From the human T2T-CHM13v2.0 reference genome, Homo sapiens: a stretch of 64,000 bases of DNA. The position numbers and the translations under genes are program-made. The DNA lies in assembly GCF_009914755.1 (NCBI RefSeq), contig NC_060925.1; one strand, given 5' to 3'. Below, piece by piece: positions 1 through 18,300 of this stretch. Position 1 is the first letter of the stretch, and each line of letters opens with the position of its first letter. The notes beneath the pieces were generated by a model that saw nothing but the letters and a program-made list of their open reading frames with translations, searched no databases and was not told where the DNA came from.

Positions 1-2239
1 CAGTGTTCTCTCCTCCATTCCAAAGCTGCCTTTGAGATGTGGATGCTTACTTGGACAGGTCTAAAACAGCCTCAGGGAGGTCTGGAGCCCAAATCTCGGT
101 GCCTAGTGCAGTGTCTAACACAATAGAGACACTCATTAAATAATGAGTGAATGAATCCCACTCCAAACATGGTGAATATCCTTGGAGATTAACTGTCAAC
201 CCTGCCTGCCCCAGATCCTCCAGATTGCAGGCATTCTCAGCTAAACTTCAGCCAGTCAGCTTTCTGGAAACGGGTCCCAGGAGGGCTGAATTATGCAGTG
301 AAACTTATTACTCTGCAGCCCTCTTACACTCCCCTCCCCCTGTGGCTTGCAGTCTCCCAGTGCAGAGCAAACTGGAGCAAAATCAGGGAAGGGTCAAGCA
401 GACATCAGTGGCTCCAGAGCCCAGCTAGAGTCGGAAGCAAGACACCAAACACACATGGCACCTATGCCGACTCCACCTACCCCTCTGTAGGCCTTTAGTG
501 TGAAAAGCCCCCAGCTTACCTTGCCTCCTTCCTCTTCCTCTCCTAGGTATTCCAGAGCAGCATGTACTAGGGAGAACCCGGCTCTGTGTCAGACAGTAAG
601 ACGATTTCAGCCAGCTTGGGAGGTTGATGTCTGGTCTTCCTCCAGGCCCTGTCTTAGAGAAAAGGAAACTACCATTTTTAGGGCGCTCCATGATCCAACG
701 CTGGACTCAGGGCCTTACAGATGCCACCTGTACAGAAGGGGAAACAGACATCGGTGCGTAAGTAATCTCCCCACAGTGACACACCTAGTGAATGGGAGTG
801 CCAGGCTAGAAACCCAGTTCTATCCACAAGGTCCAACCCCAGGGCTATTCAATGCCTTGTCCCCATGTTCCCTAGCCTCTGAGCATCTCTCCCCCTGGAC
901 CTTGGCTGCTACTTCAGGCCATTTCTCCTCCTTGTTCTAGTCAGAAATTTCTAGGTGCTTACCTAGGCCACAGATGAGACATAAGGACCCCAGGAACAGC
1001 AAGCCCCAACATGTGAATACCACACACACGTGCAGAGATGTCAGGTCAGAGGCATGGGAGGGGCTTTGTCATCTCCTGGGAGTTAAGGACCTACTTTCTG
1101 TGGGGTACCTCCTCCTCCTTTGAGTCACCTTCCAGGAGTCCCCATGTCAACAGGGAGAGTAGGGGGTGGGGGTGGGGCAGTCTGGTGCAGGGGCACAGAA
1201 GAAAAACCATTTTATAGGAAAGCAGGGGAGGCTCAACAAAAGCACCAACACTAGCTGTAATGTGGCGACAAGTTGGAAGGGATCATGCCTCTCACAATGT
1301 GCTCACAACACCTGAGCAGAGGGAGAAACGTGGTGTGATGTGTGAGCAGCTGGGAGGCTGGGCCGGCAGAGTGGCGGCGGGGGAGGAGGGCCGGAGAAAG
1401 CAATGGGAACAGGTGGTCCTTTCACAAGCTCCCAGGCCCTCAGCCCCTGACACAGCAGCTGTCCTAGAAACAGGCCCAGGTGGACAGAGAGAAGAGCACA
1501 GCAGGGGGTGCATGATGTTTTTGCAGAGATAGAAATGAGCTCTCCCTAATAGGCCCCACACATTTGAGCAGGGGGGCACACGCGGTGAGCTGTGTGACTG
1601 AGCCTGGGTGAGCCACACCTCCTCCGCCAGCCATCTAGCTGTAGTGCTGCTCCAAATGTGACCACAGGGGAACTTTCTGGATCCAAGTCCCCAGGCGTCC
1701 CAAACACCCTGGCTGCAGTAAACACAATGATAGTCACTAACAACTGGTGTGCACACTTCCACTGTGCTCTACATTTATGGCTCTTACAGTCCTCGTCTCA
1801 TTTAATCCTCACACTAACCTCTGAAGAAGGTCCTCTGACCATTGTTTTACAGACGGGGAAACTGAAGCATAGAGAGCTTAATGGAGGAAGAGATGGAAGG
1901 CTCGTGCCATGATTTGGTACTGGGTCATCTGACTGTCCATGCAGTTAGCTACGCATTCTGCAGACTTCCTCCATCCCCAGCTCCCACAGTTACAAAAAGT
2001 TCTTTCCTGCTCTGAGTTCTGAAATGCTCACATTCCCAGCTCCAAGAGGATTCCCAAAATGAATGTTTACCTTCTCTTACAGTTCAGTCTAGCCTTCACA
2101 TCTTGGGAGGGGTTAGAGGGGGCAGAGGAAAGGAACTTTAGCTGCCTAGGTGCAGTTTAAAGAGGGTCTAGGTACTGTGGCTCTCAGCAGCCTTTGACCC
2201 TGGGGCCACTCTCTTCATCTTATGGAGGACAAGGCCTTT

Positions 2240-3222
2240 GGTTCCCTGGAGGTTCACTGAAAATCACTGACATGAGGCAGATTGATTAATAGGATAAAAG
2301 TCACACAAATTTATTTAATGTGAGTACACATGAACCTTCAAAATGAAGACCCAAAGACACAGGGGAAATTGTCCATTTTTATGGTTGGGTACAACAAAGT
2401 ATGGACAGCCATGTAGAAATATGATTGAACAAAAAGGGTATGATCTAATGCTAATAGACTGAGTGGGGAAACCAAGCAAGGCCTGCCTGTCTGGATTCTT
2501 CTTGGCCTCTCTGAGCATGCATTCCTCTGTGAACCCAGAAAATCTGAGACAGCTCTCAGTCCAGAAAGTTTATTTTGCCAAGTTTGAGGGCCAGCCTGTG
2601 ACACAACCTCAGGAAGTCCTGATGACATGTGCCCAAGGTGGCCGGGGCACAGCTTGGTTTTATACATTTTAGGGAGACATGAGACACCAATCAATATATG
2701 TAAGAAGTACATTAGCTCTATCCAGAAAGATGGAGACAACTCAAACCAAGCCCCCTACCTTCCAGGTCACAGGTAGCTGACAGACAGATGGCTGCATTCT
2801 TTTGAGTTTCTGATAAGTCTTTCCAAAGGAGACAATCAGAATATGCATCTATCTTTGTTATCTCTGTGAGCAGAGGGATGACTCTGAATAGAATGGGAGG
2901 CCCTGAGCGGTTCCCAGCTTGAAGGGGCCCAAGATATTTTCTTTTCACACCTTCCTTCTGGATGTGGGGCAGGACCCTCTCTGGAACAACGTAGAACAGA
3001 TCATTTCTTTATGGTCAGTTTTTACACAGAAAGATGAAGAGAAAATTAGAGTAATGATTTTAGGTTTCATGGCTGACTTTGGGAAAAGGGGGTTCTGGTT
3101 TATACGGCTGCCTTGGAGAAGGGGAATTCTAGTTCCTAGTTCCTATGGCTTGCCTTGTGGGAGAATGAGACTGAGACAGGAGGGCAAGAGAAGATCAGAG
3201 AAAAACTTTTGCTTCTGGGGCA
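2240..3222 (-). mobile_element. Old ERV1-class LTR (MER31-like), split by a nested MER4A LTR
   Basis: Sequence resembles the MER31-type consensus on both sides of the MER4A (…ggcctctctgagcatgcattcct | ccttctggatgtggggcaggaccctctc…; …gagacaggagggcaagagaagatcagaga). Family assigned from memory, boundaries approximate. Confidence 0.5.
2528..2949 (-). mobile_element. MER4A-family solo LTR (ERV1)
   Basis: TG...CA termini (tgtgaaccc…ttttcaca), typical MER4A text (cctcaggaagtcctgatgacatgtgcccaagg, ttttatacattttagggagacatgagac), near-perfect 4-bp TSD cctc/cctt. Confidence 0.75.
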
Positions 3223-3790
3223 GTATCTATATCTATCTCTCTATCTATCTACATATCTATACTGGTTGAATTGAAGTGGTAGTCATTATAACAATCTTTC
3301 AACTATTCTGCATGCCTGAAAATCTGTATAATAAAAAGTTGGGGGAAACGCTTTAAAGGCTGCCCCGTGACAACATGGATTACCTCTTTCTCTATTTCCC
3401 TAATATTGTGCATTTATCAACAACTTAATCACATTTCATTGTAATTATGTGCTAAGAAACTTTCTCCCATAGGCTGTGTAAAAGTACAGTAGCTGCACAC
3501 AGTAGGCACTCAATAACTGCTTGCATGCCTGAATATCCTCTCCTATGAGGCTGTCCTTGAGAATTAATAAGCCACCGGAGTGGGAAGACGCCAGAGTTAA
3601 CCATACACTACCCTTTGATGCTTCATTCTTCATAACACAGAAGCTCATGAGCGAGCACAGGAAAGGCGCCGTGGCTGGGAGGAAAGACAATAAATGGCTA
3701 TGGACTGAATGACAGCTCAGTTTAAAACTCAGGAGATCCAGCCTCTGTGGTCATATGATTAACTGGCTGTGTGACCATGTCCAAACACTA

Positions 3791-4960
<1,170 letters not shown>

Positions 4961-5499
4961 GAAGTGGAGATCACCTTGAAGACTGGGCCCTTGGCTCTGT
5001 GACCCAGCAGACCCGAAATTCCAATCTGGCAAACTTTCAGCCTGACCCTTGGGAAAGGATCGCTCCCAGAGTGTGGGGGTGGAGGTGATGGGACAAAGAT
5101 CTTAAAATCCTGAAAAACAACCGTTATTCTCAACTGAATTTCTGCTAAGTGCATCCATTCATAAACAGTACGTGCCTGGCGCTCTTTACGTGTATTAACT
5201 GGTTTAATTCCCACAACCTTAAGTAGGGGCTGTTAATCTCACAATTGTAGAGCCACCATTCAAAGCCAGGCAGTCTGGCCCCAGCCTCTGTGGGCTTAAC
5301 CACTACCCGCCGCCAAGCAGCTCCTAGGAGCCTGGCAGGGAAAGGCATGGTGACGACAGCAGACGAGGTCCCTCAAGTAGCTTGCATTCTGGAAGCGAAG
5401 AAAGATCATGAACAAGTTTCAAATTGGTAAAATAATTGTCAGTGGAGATTCATCCCATAAAGGAATTGAGTAAAAGGAAGAACTACTTTCAGTAAGATG

Positions 5500-6080
5500 G
5501 TTTGGGTTGGAGTTTCTGTTCATAAGGGCAGAAATGGACTCTCTCTGACTTAAAGAGAAAAAACTTTGTTAAGAGTTTGGGGTAACCCACAGAATTATCA
5601 GGATGTCTCAGAATACAGACAAGAACAAAGGGAGGCTCCGCAGCCAAAAGTCCCTCCTCTAAACCACTTTGATGAGGACCAAACAGGTGCTACTGCTGAA
5701 AGCTAGACACCACATCCTACTCCACAACCAACGCTGGAACTCCCCAGACACCCCGCTGGCTCTGCCGCCCCTAAACCGGATGCGGCAGCCACCGCGGACC
5801 CCACAGCGGATTCTCCACCACCCCATTTCTTTGCATTGCATCACCACCTCCAGAGTGTGCCTAATTGGCACCCCGCTGCTTCTGATGCAAAACTCCAAGC
5901 TGTACTGGGCAAACGCGCAGCCTCTGGCACCATTCCCAGTGCTGCTGAGCATACAGACCTGAGCACAGCGGAGGGGGAGGGCTTGGTGGGGAGGGGGACT
6001 TACAATTCATCCACGCTGTTGAAATCCCATCAAACACACACGACCCAGTTTGGCTGGTGCAGCCTTTTCTCTCCCCTCCT
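5500..6080. mobile_element. Degenerate ERVL-MaLR (MLT1-like) LTR
   Basis: MLT1-like terminal text (gggttggagtttctgtt…cagaaatggactctctctgacttaa). Highly diverged. Confidence 0.35.
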
Positions 6081-9000
6081 GATAGCATTTCAGCCTCTCT
6101 TCCAATAAAAAATAGTAGCTACTAATTTTGAGTGCCTGTTTATATGCAAATCTACCACAGAAATAAGCCTTCATTTCTGAGGCTAGCCCTTGCAAGGTAG
6201 TTAATTACTCTCCCCATTTTCAAATGCATAATCTAAAGGCTTAGAGAGGTTAGGAATCTTGTCCAGGTTCTCCGGTGTAAGAAGGGGTGGAGCCCAAATT
6301 TGAACTCAGGTTTGTAATGCTCTGGGGAGCACACACTGCCTCCTAAGGGGAAAGGCAAAAAGTTATCAGCACAGAAGTGATCCCTGCTCCAAAATCCCAG
6401 CCATGACATGTGGGGAGAGGGGACACTCCATCTGAATTTATGACCACGGTCTCTACAGCCCCTGACCCTGCCCACCACCTACAGACCCTCCTGATACCCT
6501 GACCACTGCAGCCGTCCCAACCTCCCAGGTAGATGAGCTCTGTGAGGCCACTTGGTTCCTCCTGTGTCAAGGCAGACTCCTCCACCCCGCTGACCTTTAT
6601 CCCTCATAGCTTCCATAAAGGTCCTCTGAGGTTCTACACCTACGGGTTTACACTGCTACAGGTAAGGCTCACTTTACACAAACACATATGTGAGCTGAAT
6701 GTTTGTGAATTGATTCTATACTGATTGGATTACATCATCATTTCAAAAACCATTGTTAATCTCCACCTGCTCTTCAGCTCTCATTGACAATCAGGCACTT
6801 TAGCTTAAAGTTTTATTGCCCCCACTTCCTTACTTTTCTTGGCAAGCAGCAATCTATAAATCAATATTTAAATATACCAAGGAAGTTCACCATTAATGGA
6901 TTCCCAGGTGAATCATCTTATAAAGTGAAAAAATTACTGCTTGATAAAAAGATCATCCCCTAAGACATTTGTATTGTGAATATGATTTTTTTCTTGGCTT
7001 TTATTAATCAGGTTGCATGCATATACTTAGTGGTGTAGTAATAAATCAGTCCTTTAAAAGGGGTAATCTGGTCAAAAAGAATGAGGAAAAAGAGGAGAGA
7101 TAGAGGCAGTAAAAACAAATATGGATTTCTGGGCCTTTCTATTACTGGTTAAATGCGGGCTACCCCAGCCAACCTTTCAGGACTAGGTTTCTCTCATTGC
7201 AATATGGAGCAGAGTCTTTAGTATACATCATGAGGCTGCCATGAGATTTTAATGAGGCACTGTTTAAGCCCCTTTGAGATAAGCATAAAGTATTATTGAA
7301 CTGCAATCTGTGTGCACCTATGAAGAGAGAAACATATCGCCTCTGGTTGTGGTGGAGAGGTTGCTGCCCCCTCTTGCTATGTGCCCTCCCCTGGATCAGG
7401 TTTCTATTTTTCCCCAAAGTGCCAGTGCCTGAGTCATTTCTAGCAAGTAGTGGGGAGTGGCATTACATCATTCACACTTTTCCCCAAGACCTGAGAAAAC
7501 ACGGCAGGCAAACTGGCAATAAGGTTTAGGATTGTCTCCGGCTGCTGCTGGAAATCTACACAGAAGTGTTTCTCCTGGCAGCAGACAGCTGCTGTGTTAG
7601 GTGTGAATCAAACATGCAAACCTCTGGAGATTTTTCTTTCCCTTCTCTGAGACACAACTTAGCAGAATTGCTGAAAATAATGGTGACACACTGTCTCAGC
7701 GCTGGGGCTTTCAGGGAGATGGAGGAGGGGAGCGAGGGCTGCTTCTCACCAGCGCTCAGGAGAGAGTCCAGTCCCTTTCAGCATCTTCCTGTGTGCCTCA
7801 CTGCTCTGAATTCATCTCTCTTTTTCACCCTGCCTTTCTGGAACTGTCAGACTCCTGCCCTGGATTCCTGTTTAGGACTGTGGTTGCATCTCCAGAGGCA
7901 GTGGGGCCCTGCCTAGAGACCCCTGGGCAGGGATTGGGAAGAAAGTGAGCTTGATTCCCCCATCTTTCCCGTGATGGCTAGAGTTAAGAACCCAGTTCAC
8001 GTGTGCATGCCTATGTATATCACATGTGTGATTCCTAAACTAAAAGATTGAAATTCTCTCCAGAGATGTCAACAGTTTCAGCTGCATTTATTTAGCTTTC
8101 CCATTGTAGAGTTGGTGATTCCCAGATGATATATGACTACAGAGATGCAAGTAGAAGCATTCTTCAGCCTCCTCCAATGAGAGATACAACCTAGACCCAG
8201 AATGGAGAGGCTGAGGGCAGCCAGGGAGCCTAAGAAGCCTATTCAGAATTCCTGCATTTGGAGCCTAGGAATTTATTTAATGTCATTGTTATTTTATACA
8301 CTTGGCATTTGTTTATATGCAAATAGTGCATACCAGTTATGAATCTCAGTCCACAAACTATTTTTTCTATTTCCTATAGCTTAACTTGATTTCTCAGAGT
8401 TTTCCTTGTGCAGACTGTTAGGCAACAAAACAAACAAATAAGAAATCAGACCTTCCCAAGGTACCTCTCCATGAGTGATACCAAGATTATGAGGCTTTAT
8501 ACAATGCCAAGGTACCAAATAGTGGGTGTGAGTGATCCTCTGGTGTTTGGTCTTGTGTCCACTCAGGTTTCTGCTGAGATAGCCAATCCCTGTCTACATG
8601 TTGCTTGAGTCTGATGACTCTCTGCTGCTCGGTTATTTCTCTTGGTCTGTATGAACCTCTTGCAGTGCTGTCTATGGACCCCTTGCCCTCTCAGCCAATC
8701 CTCTCTAGCTTCTCGCTGAGTCCGCAGGGATGCCCTGGAAAACAGACCCAGGCCACTTCTGCTTTAATAATCCAGAAGCTATTTATTCCTTCATGTCCCA
8801 GCCCCAGGAGAATCTCTTTCCAGTGGAGAGATCAAACCACTCCAGAGAAGAGACCAGATGCTGACATTTGGGCTTCCCTATGGAAAAAAACAGTGAGTTG
8901 CTGTAAAAGTCCTGTTCATACACACAGAGCTCTCAGTCACACTCTTATTGCCTTGGTTTTAAATATGAGTGAACAATCAAGGATCACCAGACCTTAGAGC

Positions 9001-9323
9001 AAAGCCCTCAACTTGAAAGAAAGAGACTAAAGTAAACAATAAAAGGGAACCCAAGAGAAACAGAAACAATTCAGGAAACAGAATAGAAAGGAAACAAATT
9101 AAAACAAAACAAAACCCATCATTCATAGCTTCAGGGAAATAAGAGAAAATATTGCAACTATAAAACAAGAACAGAATTTTGTTTTCTAAGAAACAGAGAA
9201 AAATTATAACCTCTTGGGAATTAAAAATGTGATACCAAAAAAATCAACAGAAGTGTTCAAAAACAATGTTGAGGAAATCTTTCAGAAAGTCAGAAAAAAA
9301 GGGACATTGGAAATAATAAATTA

Positions 9324-9674
<351 letters not shown>

Positions 9675-10019
9675 TCATTTATAACTAATAGGAATGCCAG
9701 AAAAAACAGTGGGGAGGAAATTATCAAAGAAATCCTATAAGCAAACCATCCCCAAAGTGTCAGTCTCCACACTGACCGGGCTACCAAGCGCTCAGCTCAT
9801 ATTGAATACAAAAACCCAGACATCATTATAAATTCAGAACCCTAGGATACAAAGGTGGTCCTAAGAACCTAGAGACCGGGGGATTGAGGGGGATTGGGGA
9901 ACAGACCACAAACAATACACAGGAATTGAAATAACATCAGTCTTCTCAATAATAACATTGAACACTTCCAAGGTTCTAAGTGAAAATAATAATAATTGTA
10001 TTTTAAATAATATAATAAA

Positions 10020-10172
<153 letters not shown>

Positions 10173-10478
10173 TGAAAATTATTTTCAACCTGGAATTCTA
10201 TGTCACCCACCTCAAGAGTGAGCAGAGAATGAAGATTTTCAGTCAGAAAAGTCTCAAAAACATTATCTCCCATGTACCCTCAGAAAGCTACACTAGAAAA
10301 TATGTAAGTCCATAAAACAGGAAAGGATGGAGTGGAAGACAGAACTCGAGAGATAAGAGGAAAGTAGAAGGAGTTCTCAGGAAGTAGGCAAAGGAAGGAA
10401 GGGTAGGACAACAGTGGGCCATGAGAGCAGCCAACCCTGAATAAGACATCAAAGAGCTCCAGGAAAGATGTCTCAGAG

Positions 10479-10518
<40 letters not shown>

Positions 10519-11789
10519 ATAGACTTGACAATGTGGAAATGTTATTGAGCCATGTTTCACAGAGCTGTGGGAGCACATGGGAGGGCTTAGTCAGGTGCTG
10601 ATAGAAAACTAAACAAATAAAAATTAGAGGCAATTACTAACTCCAGGAAAAAAGAAAAACAATATGCAAGAATGTACAGGTAAATAAGATATATTACTTG
10701 GCTTAATAGCAAACAATATTTATACAATCACAATAACAAAAGCTTTGTTAACCAGAAATTGGGGGACTAGGGAGCTAGCAGAAAAGAGGAAAATGTACAT
10801 GATTTTAATATCTTCATTACCATAATAGGAAGTCTATAACTAATGTCTGAAATTAATGACTCAAGAGACAGCCACATACTCTGTGAGTTAGAAATATAGG
10901 GGAAGTACCAGATGAATACCTTAACATTGAAAGTGGTTTTCAGTGGAGAAAGGGAGGTGGAGCAGAGGGGAGATGAATAAGAGATAGTTAATTTTATTAT
11001 TTTCTTCTACATATACAACTTAAAACCAGTTGCCCAGCAATACTTTTATTTAAAATAAGACTATATTAAATAAATTTTAAAAACAAACACTACTGGTCAT
11101 GTATGTAAAACAGACACATAAACAAATCGGTGAAGGAAAAAGTTCCAGGTGCTACCTGTGCACAGGTAAGGTATGGGCATGAAAGAGAGAGTAGCCAGTT
11201 CCATCTTGGAAGAGCCAAGTACCTCCTGACTCCTACTTTCCCTTCTTATCCAGAAACACCGCTGCCTGTGTGCATCTACAGATTTGGCTCTCTTGAGAAA
11301 ACCTGAGGATTAAGCTAGAAACTCACCAAACACAGATGGAGAGGTGGTGAAGTCTACTGGCCAGGAACTAAGAGCAGAGTGCCAGACCACCTGGGTTTGA
11401 ATCCTGGCTATGACACTGACTAACTGTGATTTTGGACAAGTTACATACCCTCCTCGCCCTCCTCACATGTTCCTACCTCATAGGGTTATTTCAAGGATTA
11501 TGTGTTAATGTGTCAAGGGCCCAGAACAATTCTTGGTACATGTAAACATCATGTTCTCTCAGCAGACATGAGATGAACCTGCTGAGTGCAGGCACTGGAT
11601 AAGCACTGGAGGGCACAAACAACCCTAAGCATGCCCCTGTCCTCCAGGAGATTAAGGAGGGGTGGGGAGTGGTGCAAAAGATACAACTGTAAATAGCATA
11701 TTATCAGCAATATCGCCTAGGTGGCTAGATGTAGAATGAGGGGGACCAGTTTCCTAGAGAGGTGGCTGTTAAAATTTGCTCCATGAGAG

Positions 11790-12605
<816 letters not shown>

Positions 12606-14729
12606 TTCTCTAATAATAGAAGGGGACTCCCCCACTTCTCCTTCCTGTATAGGCAGCAGAAAAAGAAATCTGACTATATTCCCTGGTCTGGCAAGATGTT
12701 TGATAAGTCTAAACCTGGAAAAAAACCCCAAAGAGTCCCTAGGGTTGCATCAAAATATAACCTGGCTCTGGGCCCAGGACAGAGCAGCTCTGGCTTCCTA
12801 GCGAAGGGTTAGGACTGTGGGAAGGAATGAAAGGAAGGACCGGAAAGGCTGAGGTCCTGGACTGGAGGGGGAGGTGAGAGCATCTGCAGCTGAGGCGCAT
12901 TCAAGCTTGAAGTGCAGGGGATGTGGTGGGAGGTCAGGAGAGTGGTATGGGGAGAGGACCAGTAGCCATGGCAACAGGAGGGTCTTCCTTTGCCACTGAG
13001 GCAAAGGTGAACTCGGGGGGAGGTAGCCAAGCAAGGTATAGGGAGAGGCCAAGTAAGTGGTGGTCTTTGCCATCCATTGATTGTGTCCTTTCCTGCCCAT
13101 TGTATGCTGGGCAGCAACATTTTAGGCATGGGAATGAAAGACTCGATTTTTCAGGGACGCGGCTATAGAGGTGAGTCATGGAACTATGGGGTATTCCCAT
13201 TGTGCTCCCTTAGGTACAGGTGGCTGAGGAGTCCTCGGTCAGCAGGTGAAAGCATCATTCAAAGCTACAATTGAGGCAAATACCAGTGATTACAGCTGAT
13301 TGAGGAACCTAAGAAGACTTCATGGAGGAAGTGGACCTTGAAGGATGGATAGGATTTAAACATTTAAAGGCCAAGCTTTACAGGATACTGTAGCTAGATA
13401 TTATTCCTTTTTGTAGCTCTACCTCTCACAGCTCTAACACAGCAGATGCTCAAAAATGTTTGCTTAACTGAATTGGATTCCAGGTATAGGAAACAGTATA
13501 AGTAAAGTCAAGGGATGAGAAAGGGAGTGGGGTGTTATGTGTTGAGGCCTCAAGGAGAAATCCTGTTTGTTGGTTATAGCAGGCACAAAAGGAATCAGTC
13601 AACAGAAGATATGCTGAAAAAGAAAGCTGAGGCCAGAGCTGAAACTTGGAGATGGCTGATGAGTCCTCCAGCTCCCTGAGGACAGGGAGAGGCCAGGACA
13701 TTTATCCTGGCCTGCCTAGTGATGGGCTCAGGGCCTATTGCAGGATAGGTGCACAAAAACTATTTAAATGAATGAAAGAATATAAAAAGTCACCCATTAG
13801 CAAAAAGTTCACCACTGTGTTCCTTCAAATCCAATGTCCTGTAGTCCATTTAATTTAGGACTCGGTGCACATAAATTAGTTTGCACAAAATTTTTAGAAT
13901 GAAAACCATGGATGTAATAACTGCTTTAGAACATGAATCTGGGTCTGAATCCCACTTAACCTTTCAGGGCAACACTTCTTTTTGATTCCTATGTTTTCAT
14001 GAGAAGGGGTTGCCCTAAAGTTATAATTGTGGCTTCTCTCCCCAACTTTCCCCCTAAATCTAGTAAGCCCTACCCATAGAAGTAGCAACTCATTGCTTGG
14101 TGAGTTTAGAAAAAGGAACCAGACATACCCACTTCTCTTCAGGAGTGGCCTGTCCCCAGGAGACCCACAATTCCTACTCTATGGTAAGTTTAGTGGAGCC
14201 TGAGAGGAAGTCTGCAGTTTGAGAATTAAGTTCAATTCAGGAGAATCTGTTAGCACACCCATTTGGCAGCATGTGGCTCTTAGCCAAGCCCTCAAAACCA
14301 GCTTTTTCTGTAATAAAGCTGACGTTTTCATCATCAGGTATCTGACTCCTGTGTCAAAGGGTTCTGAACTCAGGAAGTGAGTGAAAAGCAGAGGTGTTAG
14401 TTACTGGCTCCCTCAAACCCCAGCTATTACTGGCTTGAGAATTTCCTTACCAGGAAAATGGATATGATGATAATATCCGTCATGTAGAGTTTAGTGAAGA
14501 TTGAAAAAGATAATATGTTTGATGTTCGGTAAATGTTTGTTCTCTTTACTTCCCTGTTTGAAACCCTCTCTTTTAAGCATTTTCCCCATGAAGGCAGGGG
14601 GATATTGTACCCCTCTGCATATATCCCCTCTATATGTCTAGCATGTATTTGGATGTTCTGTAAATGTTAAAAAGGTGGAAATGATTATTGCAGGGAGGCC
14701 CAGCAAGTGAGTCATTTATGCCCATATTT

Positions 14730-15010
14730 TTTAAAATAGCTTTAGTGAGGGATAATCAACATACAGTTAACATGGTTGAAGTGGACAACTTGACAAGTTT
14801 TGACATAGGCAAACACCTAGTGAAATCATCACAATCAAAAGAGTGGGCGCATCCACTATCCCGAAAGTCTCTCATGCCTCTGTGTAATCCCTGCTCCCCT
14901 CCTCCCCACCCTCCTAGCCCCAGGCAACCACTGATCTGCTTTCTGTCACTATGGATTAGTTTGCATTTTTTAGAGTTGTATATAAATGGAATCATATAGT
15001 ATATTCTCTC
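14730..15010 (-). mobile_element. L1M 3'-end fragment
   Basis: ccaggcaaccactgatctgctttctgtcactatggattagtttgcattttttagagttgtatataaatggaatcatatagt is typical L1MB/L1ME 3'UTR. Confidence 0.75.
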
Positions 15011-16004
15011 TCTTCTTTTTTGTCTGTCTGCCCATATTTTTGAAGAGCAATAAGCACTCATCATTGAATGCTGAAATACTGATCTTGGAGCCCAGAGTCC
15101 AGGACTGTTGTTCTGGTTAGACAGCAACATGTTGTTTGACCTTAGACAAGTCATATAACCTTTGTGTGCCTCAATTCCCCTTATCTGCACTATGGTAGGG
15201 AATAATTGTGTCTGCTCTACCCCCCAGATTTATTTAAGGTGGAAATACTGCATAAGGTATAATACTAAAAAATGGATAATAAACAAGCCATAAAATATTT
15301 CTGTATAAGTAGCTAGATGATATTTGGCAATATTAATGTATGTGTGTGTCTGTCTGTGTCTGTGTGTGTTTTCTACCTAAAATTTCCTATTTCCCTTCAT
15401 TCAAGCAAATAGCTGACTCTGCACCTTATTTTGTCAGGCAAGTATTGTACAGAGTAGAAAAACAAAAGTAGCCTGCAGATCTTCCTGGCTTTGGATTTCC
15501 CAGACCTAAAGCCTTTAGAAGGGTTCAGGTTTACAGAAAAGGAAAAGGAGAAGGAATCTGTGGGTTTATACAGATGGTATCTTAGGGAAGTGGAGGGAAG
15601 GGTAAAGTGAACCCTTCTCAGCAGGCTCTGAAACAGTCCTGCTTCCATCAGCATCCCTCTTGCCCACCTTCCTGCTGATTCCTCTAGTACCTGAGCCTTT
15701 CAGGGACTCTTGAGGCGAAGAACTTGCCCCTTGTCAGTTAACCCCCACCCCACCCTTCCCTGCTCACCCTCTGGGATCAGGTTTGGCTTCCATCCTCTCT
15801 GGTGAGTCATTTGTCATTCCTCCCTCTGCTGTCTGTCTTCATGTGGGTTACAGATGTTATTCTAGTTTCACAAGCTAAAGTTTATTTTGCTGTTTCTTAT
15901 TCTAATTGTTTGCCCATTGTTTTTAAGAAAGAAGGGTACAGAAAGGACTCAACTCTGCCTTCTTGAAATAGGAATCTAGTGATTTATTTGCCTAATATGT
16001 TTTA

Positions 16005-18300
<2,296 letters not shown>

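Noticed and set aside
6137-8324. Exact 15-mer TGTTTATATGCAAAT (FOX plus octamer-like) at 6137-6151 and 8310-8324
   Set aside because: One or two exact 15-mer pairs are expected by chance in 64 kb, and the first lies in a MIR.
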